Of a stretch of 64,000 nt of DNA, positions 18,172 through 29,842 are shown in pieces. Below the pieces are notes generated by a model. It worked only from the letters and a program-made list of their open reading frames with translations, made no database searches and had not been told where the DNA came from. Every line of letters starts with the position of its first letter. Within the stretch, counting starts at the first letter, position 1. The position numbers were made by a program, and so were the translations under genes. The DNA comes from Bacteroidales bacterium (lineage in GTDB: Bacteria; Bacteroidota; Bacteroidia; Bacteroidales; UBA10428), in NCBI GenBank assembly GCA_046485045.1, contig JAWOHT010000052.1, forward strand, positions 726 to 64,725, read 5' to 3'.

Positions 18172-20493
18172 CTATTTTACTATGCGAAGTTTGGCAAATT
18201 TAAGTAGAAGTTGCTTTTCATGTTGCAGCAACTGGAAAAAAACAGTTGCCTTTTTGTCGGTCTGGGCCCCTTCTATGTGAATTACTTTGCCTATACCGAA
18301 ACGTTGGTGTTCAACTTTCATACCTGCCTGTATGAGGTCAGGATTATCGGGTTTAAAATCTGGGTTGGCCTTGTACAAGGGAATATTGCCTTGATTGTTC
18401 ACCTGGGCAGGCTGTTTGAACCTGTTAGGCGATGTTGCCATTGCTGTCTCATTTGCTTTTCGTTTTCTTAACGTGTCATTCGGTATGCTATTTTCGTCAT
18501 CAAAGTCCCAGGCAATTTTTTTCTTTTGTAATGGCAGGTCTACATATCCGGGGTCAATATCGAAGATAAACCTGCTTGGTTCACAGTCGGTTGGCATTCC
18601 CCAACGGTACCTTGACCTTGCAAAGGTGATAAAAACCCTTTTCCTTGCCCGGGTTACGGCAACATAAAATAACCTTCTTTCTTCCTCAAGCGAGGCGGGG
18701 TCTTCAATCGACATGGCAGAGGGGAACAGCCTTTCTTCGGCGCCTGCAATGTAAACGTTGTTAAACTCGAGTCCCTTGGCCGAATGCATGGTCATGATGG
18801 TTACTTTGTTATGGTCTTCCTCTTTTTCATTGTCCATATCTGTCAGCAGCGATACATTTTCAAGGTATCGTGCAATGGTGGCTTTTTCATCTGTCTTCTG
18901 GTTATTTTCTACAAATTCGTGGATGGCATTCAGCAACTCTTCTATGTTTTCATACTTGCTGCGTTCTTCAACAGTTTGCCCATTGTAAAGGTCTTTCAGG
19001 ATACCCGATTTTGAGGCCACCTCCTGTGCCAGGTTATATGCATCTTTTTCGTCTGCCCCTGTCTGAAACATCCGGATCAATTCTGTGAATTGCTGAAGTT
19101 TTTCGGTAGTGCCGCGGTTAATCCCCAGAGCCTGGGGGTTTAGGTCTTCAAGCACTTGCCAGATAGTGATGTTTTGGGCTGTGGCAGACTCTTCTATCTT
19201 ATCGAGGGTTACATTGCCAATGCCTCTGGCAGGATAATTGATGATACGCTTAATGGCCTCGTCGTCGCTCGGGTTGACCGTGAGTCTGAGATATGCCAGA
19301 AAATCTTTGATCTCTTTTCGCTGGTAAAACGAAATACTGCCATAAACCTTGTAAGGGATATTTCTTTTGCGCAGGGCTTCTTCAAAAACACGCGACTGGG
19401 CATTTGTGCGGTATAGTATTGCAAAGTCGCTGTACATCTGCTGTTCGGCAAGCTGAATATCAAGAATTGAACTTGAAATATAAAATCCCTCTTCATGGTC
19501 GGTGAGTGTTTCTGCTACCCTAATCTTTTCTCCCGGGTCATTGTCCGACCAAACTTTCTTTGTTATCTGTGAGCTGTTTTTTTCTATAATGCTGTTGGCG
19601 GCATTCACGATTGCCTGTGTGGAGCGGTAGTTTTGTTCAAGCTTGTAGAGCCTGTAACCGGGGTAATCGTTTTTGAAGTTGAGGATGTTTTCGATTTTTG
19701 CCCCCCTGAAAGAATAAATACTCTGGGCATCGTCGCCTACCACGCAGACATTCTGGTGTAAAGCTGCCAGTTTGTTTACGATAAGGTATTGCGAATAATT
19801 GGTGTCCTGATACTCGTCTACAAGGATGTAAGAAAATTTCTGCTGGTATTTTTTAAGGATTTCAGAAAAATCACGAAACAGAATGTTGGTATTTAATAAA
19901 AGGTCGTCGAAGTCCATGGCATCGGCCTTTTTGCAGCGCGAGGCATAAATCCTGTAGATATCGCCGGTCTGCGGCCTGCGCGATACCCTGTCGCGTTCGG
20001 TAATCTGCGGACTGCTGTTATAAGCCTGTGCTGTAATGAGGTTGTTTTTTGCCGAAGAGATACGGCCAAACACCTCTCCCGGTTTATAAATCTGGTCGTC
20101 AAGTTTGAGTTCTTTAATGATAGATTTCACTAAACTTTTTGAGTCGCTGGTATCATATATTGAAAAATTTGCACCATAACCGAGGTTTTCAGCTTCAGAC
20201 CTTAAAATCCTTGCAAAAATGGAATGAAACGTGCCCATCCAGAGATACCTTGCAAGGTCTTCACCTACGAGCTTCGCGATACGCTCTTTCATCTCGCCTG
20301 CGGCTTTATTGGTAAAGGTAAGGGCAAGTATCTGTGACGGCTTTACCCCACTGCTCAACAGCCAGGCAATGCGGTAAGTGAGTACACGGGTTTTACCCGA
20401 TCCGGCGCCGGCAATTATTAGGGTTGCCCCGTTGCTGTTTATAACAGCCTCTTTCTGGACATTATTGAGGTCTTTTAAATAATCGTTGTTCAC
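18172..20493 (-). CDS. UvrD/PcrA/Rep family ATP-dependent DNA helicase
   Basis: 773 aa with a GTG start. Motifs AGAGSGKT, DEYQDTN, VGDDAQSIYSFRGA, MTMHSAKGLEF and YVAVTRAR. Confidence 0.9.
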   Translation of the reverse strand: MNNDYLKDLNNVQKEAVINSNGATLIIAGAGSGKTRVLTYRIAWLLSSGVKPSQILALTFTNKAAGEMKERIAKLVGEDLARYLWMGTFHSIFARILRSEAENLGYGANFSIYDTSDSKSLVKSIIKELKLDDQIYKPGEVFGRISSAKNNLITAQAYNSSPQITERDRVSRRPQTGDIYRIYASRCKKADAMDFDDLLLNTNILFRDFSEILKKYQQKFSYILVDEYQDTNYSQYLIVNKLAALHQNVCVVGDDAQSIYSFRGAKIENILNFKNDYPGYRLYKLEQNYRSTQAIVNAANSIIEKNSSQITKKVWSDNDPGEKIRVAETLTDHEEGFYISSSILDIQLAEQQMYSDFAILYRTNAQSRVFEEALRKRNIPYKVYGSISFYQRKEIKDFLAYLRLTVNPSDDEAIKRIINYPARGIGNVTLDKIEESATAQNITIWQVLEDLNPQALGINRGTTEKLQQFTELIRMFQTGADEKDAYNLAQEVASKSGILKDLYNGQTVEERSKYENIEELLNAIHEFVENNQKTDEKATIARYLENVSLLTDMDNEKEEDHNKVTIMTMHSAKGLEFNNVYIAGAEERLFPSAMSIEDPASLEEERRLFYVAVTRARKRVFITFARSRYRWGMPTDCEPSRFIFDIDPGYVDLPLQKKKIAWDFDDENSIPNDTLRKRKANETAMATSPNRFKQPAQVNNQGNIPLYKANPDFKPDNPDLIQAGMKVEHQRFGIGKVIHIEGAQTDKKATVFFQLLQHEKQLLLKFAKLRIVK

Positions 20494-20803
20494 GTTACTG
20501 GTATTGTGTTACTTTTTAATAATCTGTTTTTTGCTTTTATAAATGATATACAGTGATATAAAAGCATTATTGTATATTTGCCTTGCCAAAAATACAACAT
20601 GCCCTGAACAATCTGAACCTGCCGGCCATTTTTTTATAAAGGTTATATTAACAAATTAACAAAAGACAAAATAGCATTTTATTTTTAGGGTATAATATAT
20701 ATTTATTATTATTGCACAATTTGATTTTCTATCAAAAAAACAGTAGGAACGGATAAAATATTTTTTAAAAAAGTATGTTAATTATTGGAACCATTTATTA
20801 AAC

Positions 20804-22195
20804 ATGTTTAAAAAAACAACTCTTTTTTATATCGGCTTGTTGACAACCTTTTCAGGTTATGGCCAGATATTCAGTCCCGATCCGCACTTTTCCGACACTG
20901 TTAAATATGCTCCTTACAGCGATTCGGTTTTTGTTTTCAACAAACCAGAATTCGGCAGCAAGATAGCTGTAACCCTTGAAAGCATATCTCCCAACTCTGC
21001 AGATGGCTGGGCGTTTGCGTGGTACAGGTACGATACTTTGTTGCTTGATTACAGCCTGGTTATAGCCCATTCGGGCATTACATCAAAAATTGACACCATT
21101 ACAACATACAACGGATACAGGCTTATCCGGAGCAAAGGGGCTTACCGCGACACATCACAGGTATGGGTGGTCTTTCACGATTATAATGTGAAAATTATCA
21201 CCAAAGACACTGCCGGAAATATACCTGTTTTAAATACCACATGTTCGAGCACGACTATACGTGCTGTTACACCCGAAAATAGGTACTGGTACCATATACC
21301 GGGGATAGATTCTGTAATTACCGAAACCACCGATTATGACATCGTATGGGAAAAAGATATTGAAGAAGGCGGGTTACCGACCAAAAGTTTTACCAATGCC
21401 GTAGTGCTGAACCTGCCATACGAAAATACCATGTACAGGATGATCGTGACCAGCAGAAAATTTAAACTTGAACGAAGAGATTCGGTGCACTATATTGCCG
21501 TGAAATCAAAAGCCGATATAGGGGCAGATTACATTCCTTTATCAGACAGAAACTATTATCCCGATCAATATGGTGAAATTTACGGTGAGGACTATAAACT
21601 CCCCGATGGCAAATCGGCCCCTGCCAAATTTAAATTTTATAACAAAGAGTCGAAAAATGCGGCAAGGTTCGAACTGAAGTTTGGTGATTACAACGGACTT
21701 GATACCGTTTTTAGCAATCTTGAAGACACAATAGTATATGAGTACCTGTATCCAGGGAAGTTTTCTGCAATACTTTATACCTATGCGCCAAAACCCAGAG
21801 AATGTATGGACTCTTCAGTTTCTGAAATAGTTATTTCCGATCCTATATTCGGTGAGAAAGATTCTCTGAAATTTCCGGAAGTTTTTACCCCCAATGGCGA
21901 TGGGTACAACGATATTTTCAGGACCTACGATGTTTCTGTCTATAACTGTACAATTTTAATTTTCAACCGATATGGGCAAAGGGTACATGAATTTTCGGGC
22001 AACATCAGGGACTGGCCGGGCTGGGATGGTAAAATAAAAAATTCAAACAGAGAGGCAAGTGAAGGCATCTATTATTATTTAGTAGACCAAATTCTCGCTT
22101 TTGAGTATAATGAAAAAGACAAACGGGTACAGTATAAAAAATACAACGACAAGCAAAAAACCGGGTATGTATACCTGTTCAGGAATATGAGGTAA
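20804..22195 (+). CDS. Secreted protein with T9SS type-B (gliding-motility C-terminal, CHU_C) sorting domain
   Basis: 463 aa with a signal peptide. The C-terminal FPEVFTPNGDGYNDIF...WDGK...SEGIYYYLV pattern is diagnostic of the type-B T9SS sorting domain. Confidence 0.8.
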   Translation: MFKKTTLFYIGLLTTFSGYGQIFSPDPHFSDTVKYAPYSDSVFVFNKPEFGSKIAVTLESISPNSADGWAFAWYRYDTLLLDYSLVIAHSGITSKIDTITTYNGYRLIRSKGAYRDTSQVWVVFHDYNVKIITKDTAGNIPVLNTTCSSTTIRAVTPENRYWYHIPGIDSVITETTDYDIVWEKDIEEGGLPTKSFTNAVVLNLPYENTMYRMIVTSRKFKLERRDSVHYIAVKSKADIGADYIPLSDRNYYPDQYGEIYGEDYKLPDGKSAPAKFKFYNKESKNAARFELKFGDYNGLDTVFSNLEDTIVYEYLYPGKFSAILYTYAPKPRECMDSSVSEIVISDPIFGEKDSLKFPEVFTPNGDGYNDIFRTYDVSVYNCTILIFNRYGQRVHEFSGNIRDWPGWDGKIKNSNREASEGIYYYLVDQILAFEYNEKDKRVQYKKYNDKQKTGYVYLFRNMR

Positions 22196-22330
22196 GGAGG
22201 ATTTTTTCTTATTCATAGCCTTATGCCCTGAATATTTGCAAAGCGGTTGAAAAGACCGGAATACATTTACTTAATGGGGGATATTATTTTTTTTGTAAGA
22301 ACTTTGAGGTAAAGAACAGATATAAGCATA

Positions 22331-22367
22331 TCAAAAAAAAAACCGGCTGGTTGCCGGTTTTTTTGTA
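22331..22367. terminator. Bidirectional intrinsic terminator between convergent genes
   Basis: A10, then stem AACCGGC (22341-22347) / GCCGGTT (22353-22359) with loop TGGTT, then T8. Confidence 0.8.
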
Positions 22368-22379
22368 TACAGATTTGAT

Positions 22380-24530
22380 CTATTCTTCCTGTTCATCTTC
22401 TTCGTATGCTTTGAGGAGTTCTTCCTGAATTTCGCCCGGCACCTGTGCATATTCAGCAAATTTCATTGAATACATGGCGCGGCCTCCAGAGATCGAACTA
22501 AGGGAGGTAGAGTACCTGTCCATGGCCGCAAGGGGCACCCTGGCTATGATCTTTTCAAATCCCGATTCACTGGTCATTCCCTGCACTATGGCCCTTCTTC
22601 CCTGCAGATCGCTCATCACATCGCCCATTCGGTCAGACGGAACCAGTACTTCCACTTCGTAAATGGGTTCAAGTATTTTGGCGCCTGCTTTCTTAAATGC
22701 CTGGCTAAATGCATTTCTTCCTGCGAGCCTGAATGAGATTTCATTCGAGTCAACAGGGTGCATTTTACCGTCGTAAACGCATACCCTTATATCACGGGCA
22801 TACGATCCGGTAAGTGGCCCGGTTTCTATCTTTTCCATGATACCTTTTAATATAGCCGGCATAAACCGTGCATCTATCGAACCTCCCACGATACAGTTAT
22901 AATAAACAAGTTTTCCGCCCCATGACAGGTTAATCTCATCTTTGCCCCTTACAGAAGTCTTGTATTCTTTTCCATCAAGTTTGTACATGGTCGGGTCGGC
23001 CATGCCTTCCTTATAAGGTTCAATTATCATATGCACTTCGCCAAACTGGCCGGCGCCACCCGATTGTTTCTTATGGCGGTAATCGGCCTGTGCAACTTTG
23101 GTAATGGTTTCGCGGTAGGGTATACGGGGTTTAAAAAATTCTGTCCCTAATTTATAAATATTGTCCAGGTGCCATTTAAGGATATTCAGATGATATTCGC
23201 CTTGACCGGAAAGGATAATTTGTTTCAGCTCTTTAGAATATTCTACGAGAATGGTAGGATCTTCTTCGCGCATTTTCTGCAATGCTTCACCAAGTTTTTC
23301 ATCGTCACCTTCGCTTACTGGTTTAATTGCTGTCCTGAACTTCGGTTCGGGAAATGTGATGGCATCGAATTTAATGTCGCCCGTGGCTGCCAGGGTATGG
23401 TTCGTTTTTGTAGATTTTAGTTTTACGGTAGTGCCAAGGTCGCCTGCAATAAGTGATGTGGCTTTTACCCTGTTTTTGCCAGCGGTTACAAAAAGCTGCG
23501 ACAGCCTTTCTTTATTTTGTGTATTGTTGTTGATAAGGTCCTGAACTTCTTTCACCTCACCCGACATTACCTTAAAATAAATAATCTCGCCTACATGCGA
23601 TTCGTAAGATGTCTTGAAAACAAACAGCGATGCAGGGCCCGATTTATCGCATACAACTTCTTTGTTGCCTGCTTTGGTTGCCGGCATATCTGACGGAGAT
23701 GGCGCTGCAACGCTTATAAACTCCATGAGTCGTGAAACACCTATGTTTTTCTTCGCAGAAATACAGAATACCGGGAAAATGCCGCGTTTAATCAAGCCTT
23801 CAGCAATTCCTTTCCGCATCTCTTCCTCGGTGAGGGTATCGTTGGCAAAAAATAGTTCCATGAGGGCTTCGTCATTTTCGGCAGCTTTCTCAATCAATTC
23901 AGAATGAAGTGCTGATGCCTGGTCGGCAAGGTTGGCAGGGATTTCAACAATTTCAGCTTTTCCGCTATCGCCCGAATACTTGTACATTTTCATGGTAATT
24001 ACGTCTACGATGGCATTAAAGCCTGCACCGGTCTCAACGGGAAATTGCACAAGGGACACGTTACTTCCGAATCTTTCTTTGGCAGTCTCTATGGTTTTGT
24101 CCCAGTTGGCCTTATCGTGGTCGAGGTGGTTTACTGCAATAATCATAGGTTTACCGGCATTCGAAAGGTACCTGTTATGTATTTCAGCGCCTACCTCAAC
24201 ACCATTCTGGGCATTTAGCATCATGAGTGCGGTGTCTGCAACATACATCGAAGAAACAACACCTCCGATAAAATCGTCCAGACCGGGGGCATCAAGAATA
24301 TTGATCTTTGCATTGTTGTATTCTGTGTAGAGCAGTGACGAAAATATTGAGTTATTGTTTGTCTGTTCTATCTCCTTAAAATCCGATACAGTGTTTTTAC
24401 TGTTTACATCGCCTCTTCTTTCAATCACTCCGCCATTGAAGAGCATGGTTTCAGCAAGAGTGGTTTTTCCTGATCCTGAATTTCCAACCAAAAGAATATT
24501 CTTTATCTGTTCTGTAGAATAAGTCTTCAT
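22380..24530 (-). CDS. Elongation factor G paralog with divergent GTPase motifs
   Basis: 716 aa and colinear with fusA through domains I-V. G1 is GNSGSGKTT, G3 is DAPGLDDF (canonical DTPGHVDF) and G4 is NHLD (canonical NKMD). Confidence 0.85.
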   Translation of the reverse strand: MKTYSTEQIKNILLVGNSGSGKTTLAETMLFNGGVIERRGDVNSKNTVSDFKEIEQTNNNSIFSSLLYTEYNNAKINILDAPGLDDFIGGVVSSMYVADTALMMLNAQNGVEVGAEIHNRYLSNAGKPMIIAVNHLDHDKANWDKTIETAKERFGSNVSLVQFPVETGAGFNAIVDVITMKMYKYSGDSGKAEIVEIPANLADQASALHSELIEKAAENDEALMELFFANDTLTEEEMRKGIAEGLIKRGIFPVFCISAKKNIGVSRLMEFISVAAPSPSDMPATKAGNKEVVCDKSGPASLFVFKTSYESHVGEIIYFKVMSGEVKEVQDLINNNTQNKERLSQLFVTAGKNRVKATSLIAGDLGTTVKLKSTKTNHTLAATGDIKFDAITFPEPKFRTAIKPVSEGDDEKLGEALQKMREEDPTILVEYSKELKQIILSGQGEYHLNILKWHLDNIYKLGTEFFKPRIPYRETITKVAQADYRHKKQSGGAGQFGEVHMIIEPYKEGMADPTMYKLDGKEYKTSVRGKDEINLSWGGKLVYYNCIVGGSIDARFMPAILKGIMEKIETGPLTGSYARDIRVCVYDGKMHPVDSNEISFRLAGRNAFSQAFKKAGAKILEPIYEVEVLVPSDRMGDVMSDLQGRRAIVQGMTSESGFEKIIARVPLAAMDRYSTSLSSISGGRAMYSMKFAEYAQVPGEIQEELLKAYEEDEQEE

Positions 24531-24824
24531 GTTATTTAGATGTGTTTATATTATAATACTTTAAGATATCTGCCCTATTTCAAAGACTTGCAAAAATAAT
24601 AATTTTTTAATTAGAAGCAAGATTAAACCACTGATTCCCCATAATTTAGAAAATAGTATGAAAATCAATGTTATAAGTATAGAAATCTGTACTTCTGTCA
24701 GAAGTTTACTATATTATTTTTAAGGAATGGCAGCTTTGGTTTAAAATGTTTCGTTAAATAAAATGAAGTGTGATCGGGAGATTATCAGAATCATCAAAAA
24801 TCATAAAAATTATTTTAGCTATGT

Positions 24825-24855
24825 ATTGTTTTTAAAAAAAAATAATCTACCTTTG
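24825..24855 (+). promoter_or_regulatory. Candidate sigma-A promoter of the str operon
   Basis: ATTG at 24825-24828, a 19-nt spacer, then TACCTTTG at 24848-24855 (TAnnTTTG). It lies 33 nt upstream of the rpsL ATG. Confidence 0.55.
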
Positions 24856-24888
24856 CAAACCAAATTACGAAAAATTTATAGTCAGAAA

Positions 24889-25263
24889 ATGCCGACAATA
24901 CAACAATTAGTAAGAAAAGGAAGATCGAAAATTGTTTCGAAAAGTAAATCTCCGGCTCTTGATTCTTGTCCACAGAAAAGGGGTGTATGCGTTAGGGTTT
25001 ATACAACTACACCTAAGAAACCGAATTCTGCTATGCGTAAGGTAGCGCGTGTTAGGCTTACACACGGTAAAGAGGTAAATGCTTATATCCCCGGAGAAGG
25101 GCACAACCTTCAGGAGCACTCAATCGTGCTTATCAGGGGAGGCAGGGTAAAAGACCTGCCCGGTGTAAGGTACCACATCATCAGGGGTGCATTGGATACC
25201 TCCGGTGTTGAAGGCAGAACACAAAGAAGATCCAAATATGGAACCAAGCGTCCAAAAAAATAA
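24889..25263 (+). CDS. rpsL: 30S ribosomal protein S12
   Basis: Start set at [12 protein letters not shown] (ATG 24889). The upstream part of the tracked ORF is leader or promoter. Confidence 0.95.
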   Translation: MPTIQQLVRKGRSKIVSKSKSPALDSCPQKRGVCVRVYTTTPKKPNSAMRKVARVRLTHGKEVNAYIPGEGHNLQEHSIVLIRGGRVKDLPGVRYHIIRGALDTSGVEGRTQRRSKYGTKRPKK

Positions 25264-25279
25264 TACATTCTGAACCAAA

Positions 25280-25756
25280 ATGAGAAAGACAAAACCAAAG
25301 AAACGTATTATATTGCCTGATCCGAAATTCAACGATCAGCTTGTCACAAGGTTTGTGAACAACTTAATGTTACAGGGAAAGAAATCGGTAGCATTAAAGG
25401 TTTTTTATGATGCCCTTGAGATAGTAGAATCGAAGTCTAAAGATATTGAAGTTTCATCATTGGATATCTGGAAAAGGGCGCTTGAAAATATTACCCCTCA
25501 GGTAGAGGTAAAAAGCCGCAGGGTTGGTGGAGCAACATTTCAGGTTCCCACCGAAATAAGGCCCGACAGAAGGGTTGCAATCAGCATGAAGAATTTAATC
25601 ATGTTTTCACGCAAAAGGGCAGGTAAGTCTATGTGCGATAAGCTTGCAGCAGAAATTCTTGCAGCTTTCAACAACGAAGGAGGGGCATTTAAAAAGAAAG
25701 AAGATACTCACAAGATGGCGGAAGCAAACAAGGCGTTTGCACATTTTCGTTTTTAA
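25280..25756 (+). CDS. rpsG: 30S ribosomal protein S7
   Basis: 158 aa, [19 protein letters not shown]..., str operon position. Confidence 0.95.
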   Translation: MRKTKPKKRIILPDPKFNDQLVTRFVNNLMLQGKKSVALKVFYDALEIVESKSKDIEVSSLDIWKRALENITPQVEVKSRRVGGATFQVPTEIRPDRRVAISMKNLIMFSRKRAGKSMCDKLAAEILAAFNNEGGAFKKKEDTHKMAEANKAFAHFRF

Positions 25757-25813
25757 GCAGGGTATTTGACATTTGGGATATTATATTATAGTAGCTAGCT
25801 GATAATTAGTGTA

Positions 25814-27922
25814 ATGAGTTTTGATTTAAATTATACCAGAAATATTGGGGTAATGGCCCATATTGACGCCGGTAAGACCACAACTACCGAGCGCATCCTC
25901 TTTTATACAGGCATTACGCACCGTATGGGTGAAGTGCACGATGGCTCAGCCACGATGGACTGGATGGTGCAGGAACAAGAAAGAGGGATCACAATTACTT
26001 CCGCAGCAACCACAACTTTTTGGACATACAACGATAATAAATATAAGATTAACATCATTGATACCCCGGGACATGTTGATTTTACTGTTGAAGTAGAACG
26101 TTCATTGCGTGTTCTCGATGGTGCAGTTGCAGTTTTTTGTGCTGTTGGCGGTGTTGAACCTCAGTCTGAAACAGTATGGAGGCAGGCAGATAAATATAAT
26201 GTGCCCCGCATTGCTTTTATTAATAAAATGGACAGGGTAGGCGCTGATTTCTTCGGTGTTGTAAGCCAGATAAAAGAAAAACTGGGGGCATTACCGGTAC
26301 CAATGCAAATACCCATCGGTTCTGAAGAAAATTTCCTCGGCGTAATTGATCTTATACAACGTAAAGCCATTGTCTGGAAAGAAGATGAAAAACTTGGCAT
26401 GCGCTATGATTACGCAGAGATACCTGAAGATTTAATCGAATTAACAGAAGAGTGGCGCGAAAAACTCGTCGAGGCCGTTTGTGAGTCTGATGATGATCTG
26501 CTCGAGAGGTTTTTCGAAGATCGTGAATCAATTACAGTTGAAGAATTTTTGGCCGCCACACGCAAAGCGGTTATCAACCGTACCATTGTGCCGGTATTCT
26601 GCGGCGCATCCTTTAAAAATAAAGGTATTCAGCGTTTGCTTGATGGCATATGCGGACTGTTGCCAAGTCCATTAGACATTGGTTCTGTTAAAGGAAAAAA
26701 TCCCGATAACGACGAGGAAATTGAGAGGGAACCCGACAGCAATGCTTCTTTTTCGGCACTCGCGTTTAAAATTGCTACAGATCCATTTGTCGGAAGGCTG
26801 GCCTTTTTAAGAATCTATTCAGGCTGTATCGAATCGGGTATGATGGTGATGAATCCGCGTACAGGCAAAAAAGAGAGGATAAACAGGTTGTACCAGATGC
26901 ACGCGAATAAGCAAATTCCGCGTGACAGGGTTGATGCCGGAGATATATGTGCTGCCGTAGGATTGAAAAACCTTTACACAGGCGACACGCTTTGCGACAT
27001 CAAAAAACCTATCTACCTCGAATCTATGACATTTCCGCAACCGGTTATCGGTATCGCCATCGAACCAAAAACACAGGCCGATATGGATAAACTTGGTATT
27101 GCTTTAAATAAACTTGCTGAAGAAGATCCTACATTCAGGGTTAACACCGATACAGAAACAGGACAGACGATCATAAACGGTATGGGTGAACTTCACCTTG
27201 AAATACTGCTCGACCGTCTCCGCAGAGAATTCAAGATTGACTGCAACCAGGGGGCACCTCAGGTTTCATACAAAGAAGCTGTTACAGGTATGGTTCATCA
27301 TCGAGAATTGTTTAAAAAACAAACTGGTGGACGTGGTAAATATGCTGATATACAGGTCGAAATTTCACCTGCCGATGATGGAATTAAAGGATTACAATTT
27401 GTTGATCAGATAAAAGGGGGGAATATTCCCAGGGAATATATTCCTTCTATTGAAAAAGGATTCAGGGAGGCCATGCGCAACGGTGTGCTTGCAGGATTCC
27501 CGGTAGATAACCTTAAAGTTGTATTATTAGACGGTTCTTATCATCCTGTTGACTCAGATTCACTGTCATTTGAGATAGCCGCCAAACATGCCTTCAGGCA
27601 TGCTTTGAAAAAAACAAAGAACGTATTGCTTGAGCCAGTCATGTCGGTTGAGGTGGTAACACCCGCAGATTATATGGGCGATATCATAGCCGATTTCAAC
27701 AAGCGCAGGGGCCAGGTAGAAGGAATGGAAAGCAAGGCAGGAGGAAGGGTAATTAAAGCAAAAGTACCCCTTGCCGAACAGTTTGGTTATGTTACGACAT
27801 TACGTACAATCTCATCGGGCAGGGCTACTTCTACTATGGAATTTTCGCATTTTGAAGAGGTACCTGCTGAAATTTCAAAACAGGTGATAGAAAAAATTCA
27901 GGGAACTAAAGCATTAGTATAA
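25814..27922 (+). CDS. fusA: Elongation factor G
   Basis: 702 aa with canonical [17 protein letters not shown] and NKMD. Confidence 0.95.
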   Translation: MSFDLNYTRNIGVMAHIDAGKTTTTERILFYTGITHRMGEVHDGSATMDWMVQEQERGITITSAATTTFWTYNDNKYKINIIDTPGHVDFTVEVERSLRVLDGAVAVFCAVGGVEPQSETVWRQADKYNVPRIAFINKMDRVGADFFGVVSQIKEKLGALPVPMQIPIGSEENFLGVIDLIQRKAIVWKEDEKLGMRYDYAEIPEDLIELTEEWREKLVEAVCESDDDLLERFFEDRESITVEEFLAATRKAVINRTIVPVFCGASFKNKGIQRLLDGICGLLPSPLDIGSVKGKNPDNDEEIEREPDSNASFSALAFKIATDPFVGRLAFLRIYSGCIESGMMVMNPRTGKKERINRLYQMHANKQIPRDRVDAGDICAAVGLKNLYTGDTLCDIKKPIYLESMTFPQPVIGIAIEPKTQADMDKLGIALNKLAEEDPTFRVNTDTETGQTIINGMGELHLEILLDRLRREFKIDCNQGAPQVSYKEAVTGMVHHRELFKKQTGGRGKYADIQVEISPADDGIKGLQFVDQIKGGNIPREYIPSIEKGFREAMRNGVLAGFPVDNLKVVLLDGSYHPVDSDSLSFEIAAKHAFRHALKKTKNVLLEPVMSVEVVTPADYMGDIIADFNKRRGQVEGMESKAGGRVIKAKVPLAEQFGYVTTLRTISSGRATSTMEFSHFEEVPAEISKQVIEKIQGTKALV

Positions 27923-27941
27923 TAATATATAGCTTAAGATA

Positions 27942-28247
27942 ATGAGCCAAAAAATCAGAATCAAATTAAAGTCTTACGATCATAACCTGGTTGATAAATC
28001 GGCCGAGAAAATCGTAAAAACTGTAAAATCTACCGGTGCCGTGGTAAGCGGGCCTATTCCCCTGCCAACACATAAACGGGTGTTTACAGTATTGCGTTCG
28101 ACATTTGTAAACAAAAAATCAAGAGAACAGTTTCAGCTTTCTTCTTATAAAAGATTGCTGGATATATACAGTTCAACGCCCAAAACCATTGATGCACTGA
28201 TGAAATTGGAATTACCCAGTGGGGTTGAGGTTGAAATTAAAGTATAA
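27942..28247 (+). CDS. rpsJ: 30S ribosomal protein S10
   Basis: 101 aa, [14 protein letters not shown]..., operon order. Confidence 0.95.
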   Translation: MSQKIRIKLKSYDHNLVDKSAEKIVKTVKSTGAVVSGPIPLPTHKRVFTVLRSTFVNKKSREQFQLSSYKRLLDIYSSTPKTIDALMKLELPSGVEVEIKV

Positions 28248-28265
28248 CATTAATAACTTAAAGAA

Positions 28266-28895
28266 ATGCCTGGATTAATAGGAAAAAAGGTGGGAATGAC
28301 CTCGGTATTTGATGAAAACGGTGTAAACATACCATGTACCGTTCTTGAGGCCGGTCCGTGTGTGGTTACACAGGTTAAAACTGTAGAAACCGATGGGTAC
28401 AATGCCATTCAGCTTGCATACGACGAAAAGAAAGAGCGTAAAACGACAAAGGCTATGCTGGGGCATTTTAAAAAGTCAGCTACCACTCCAAAAAAGAAAC
28501 TTGTTGAACTGAAGGGTTTTATCAAACATTGGAAGCCCGGAGATGTTATAACTGTTGAATATTTTATAAACGATATCTGGCTTGACGTAACTGCCACTTC
28601 AAAAGGAAAAGGATTTCAGGGGGTTGTTAAAAGACATGGTTTTTCTGGTGTTAACGATTCTACCCACGGTCAGCATAACAGGAGCCGGCATCCTGGTTCA
28701 ATCGGGGCATCATCTTTTCCTTCAAGAGTATTCAAAGGAATGAGAATGGCAGGCCATACCGGAAACAATGCAGTAAAAGTACTCAACCTTAAAATTGTGA
28801 AGATAATTCCCGAAACCAACACCATACTGCTTAAAGGTTCGGTACCGGGTTCAATAGGTTCATATGTTGTAATAGAAAGTCCTGACAGAATTTAA
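28266..28895 (+). CDS. rplC: 50S ribosomal protein L3
   Basis: 209 aa, [17 protein letters not shown]. Confidence 0.95.
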   Translation: MPGLIGKKVGMTSVFDENGVNIPCTVLEAGPCVVTQVKTVETDGYNAIQLAYDEKKERKTTKAMLGHFKKSATTPKKKLVELKGFIKHWKPGDVITVEYFINDIWLDVTATSKGKGFQGVVKRHGFSGVNDSTHGQHNRSRHPGSIGASSFPSRVFKGMRMAGHTGNNAVKVLNLKIVKIIPETNTILLKGSVPGSIGSYVVIESPDRI

Positions 28896-28910
28896 TAATA
28901 CTGAACGAGA

Positions 28911-29537
28911 ATGAAATTAAAAGTATTGAATATCACGGGTGAGGAAACCGGCAAAGAAATAGAACTTAAGGATACTATCTTTGGGATTGAACCAAATGAT
29001 CATGCCATTTACCTCGATGTAAAGCAATACCTGGCCAACAAACGACAGGGAACGCACAAATCGAAAGAGAAATGGGAAATTATCGGTAGTACAAGAAAGA
29101 TTAAAAGACAAAAGGGAACAGGTACTGCACGCGCAGGCAGTATAAAATCTCCTGTGTTCAGGGGCGGAGGACGTATTTTTGGCCCGCAGCCCAGGGATTA
29201 TTCATTTAAGCTTAATAAGAAGGTTAAACAACTAGCCCGTAAATCGGCACTTGCTTATAAAGCTAAAAATGAATGTATTAAAGTTGTTGAGGATTTCTCA
29301 CTCGATGCGCCGAAAACAAAAGAATATGCAGGTATCCTTAATAATCTTAAAATTCAGGATAAAAAATCGTTGATTATTTTAAATCAACCAAATAAAAATA
29401 TATATTTGTCCTCCCGAAATTTAACCGGTTCGAAGGTTATAACAATTTCAGAGTTAACAACTTACGACATCATGAACTGCTCTTCTCTCGTTTTTATAGA
29501 GAGTTCGCTCGAAGTTTTACAAAACATGCTTAATTAA
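28911..29537 (+). CDS. rplD: 50S ribosomal protein L4
   Basis: 208 aa, [23 protein letters not shown]. Confidence 0.95.
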   Translation: MKLKVLNITGEETGKEIELKDTIFGIEPNDHAIYLDVKQYLANKRQGTHKSKEKWEIIGSTRKIKRQKGTGTARAGSIKSPVFRGGGRIFGPQPRDYSFKLNKKVKQLARKSALAYKAKNECIKVVEDFSLDAPKTKEYAGILNNLKIQDKKSLIILNQPNKNIYLSSRNLTGSKVITISELTTYDIMNCSSLVFIESSLEVLQNMLN

Positions 29538-29545
29538 TATCGAAG

Positions 29546-29836
29546 ATGAATATTTTGGTAAAACCCATCGTAACGGAAAAAATAAATGCCCAGGCCGAAA
29601 GCCTCAACAGATATGGTTTTGTCGTAGAAAAACGAGCCAACAAGCTGCAGATAAGGAAAGCTGTTGAAGGTCTTTACGGTGTAACGGTGTCCTCTGTTAA
29701 TACCATGAGGTATGCCGGCAAACGTAAATCAAGGTTTACAAAGGCAGGAGCTATTTCCGGCAGGACAAACAATTACAAAAAGGCAATTGTAACATTAATA
29801 GTAGGCGATTCAATTGATTTTTATAGCAATATCTAA
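29546..29836 (+). CDS. rplW: 50S ribosomal protein L23
   Basis: 96 aa, position between L4 and L2. Confidence 0.9.
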   Translation: MNILVKPIVTEKINAQAESLNRYGFVVEKRANKLQIRKAVEGLYGVTVSSVNTMRYAGKRKSRFTKAGAISGRTNNYKKAIVTLIVGDSIDFYSNI

Positions 29837-29842
29837 TAAATC

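Noticed and set aside
24691-24705. Perfect 7+1+7 palindrome ACTTCTGTCAGAAGT between the EF-G paralog and rpsL
   Set aside because: A few perfect 7-bp-arm palindromes are expected by chance in 64 kb. There is no second copy or flanking evidence.
24763-24888. N-terminal extensions of tracked ORFs: rpsL here, plus rpsN 34220, rplO 36674, infA 39263, gltA 44299, panB 51520, fmt up to 55298 and the GlxA regulator 3278
   Set aside because: In each case the conserved protein N-terminus begins at an internal ATG. The extension overlaps a promoter motif, an upstream gene or an intergenic leader.
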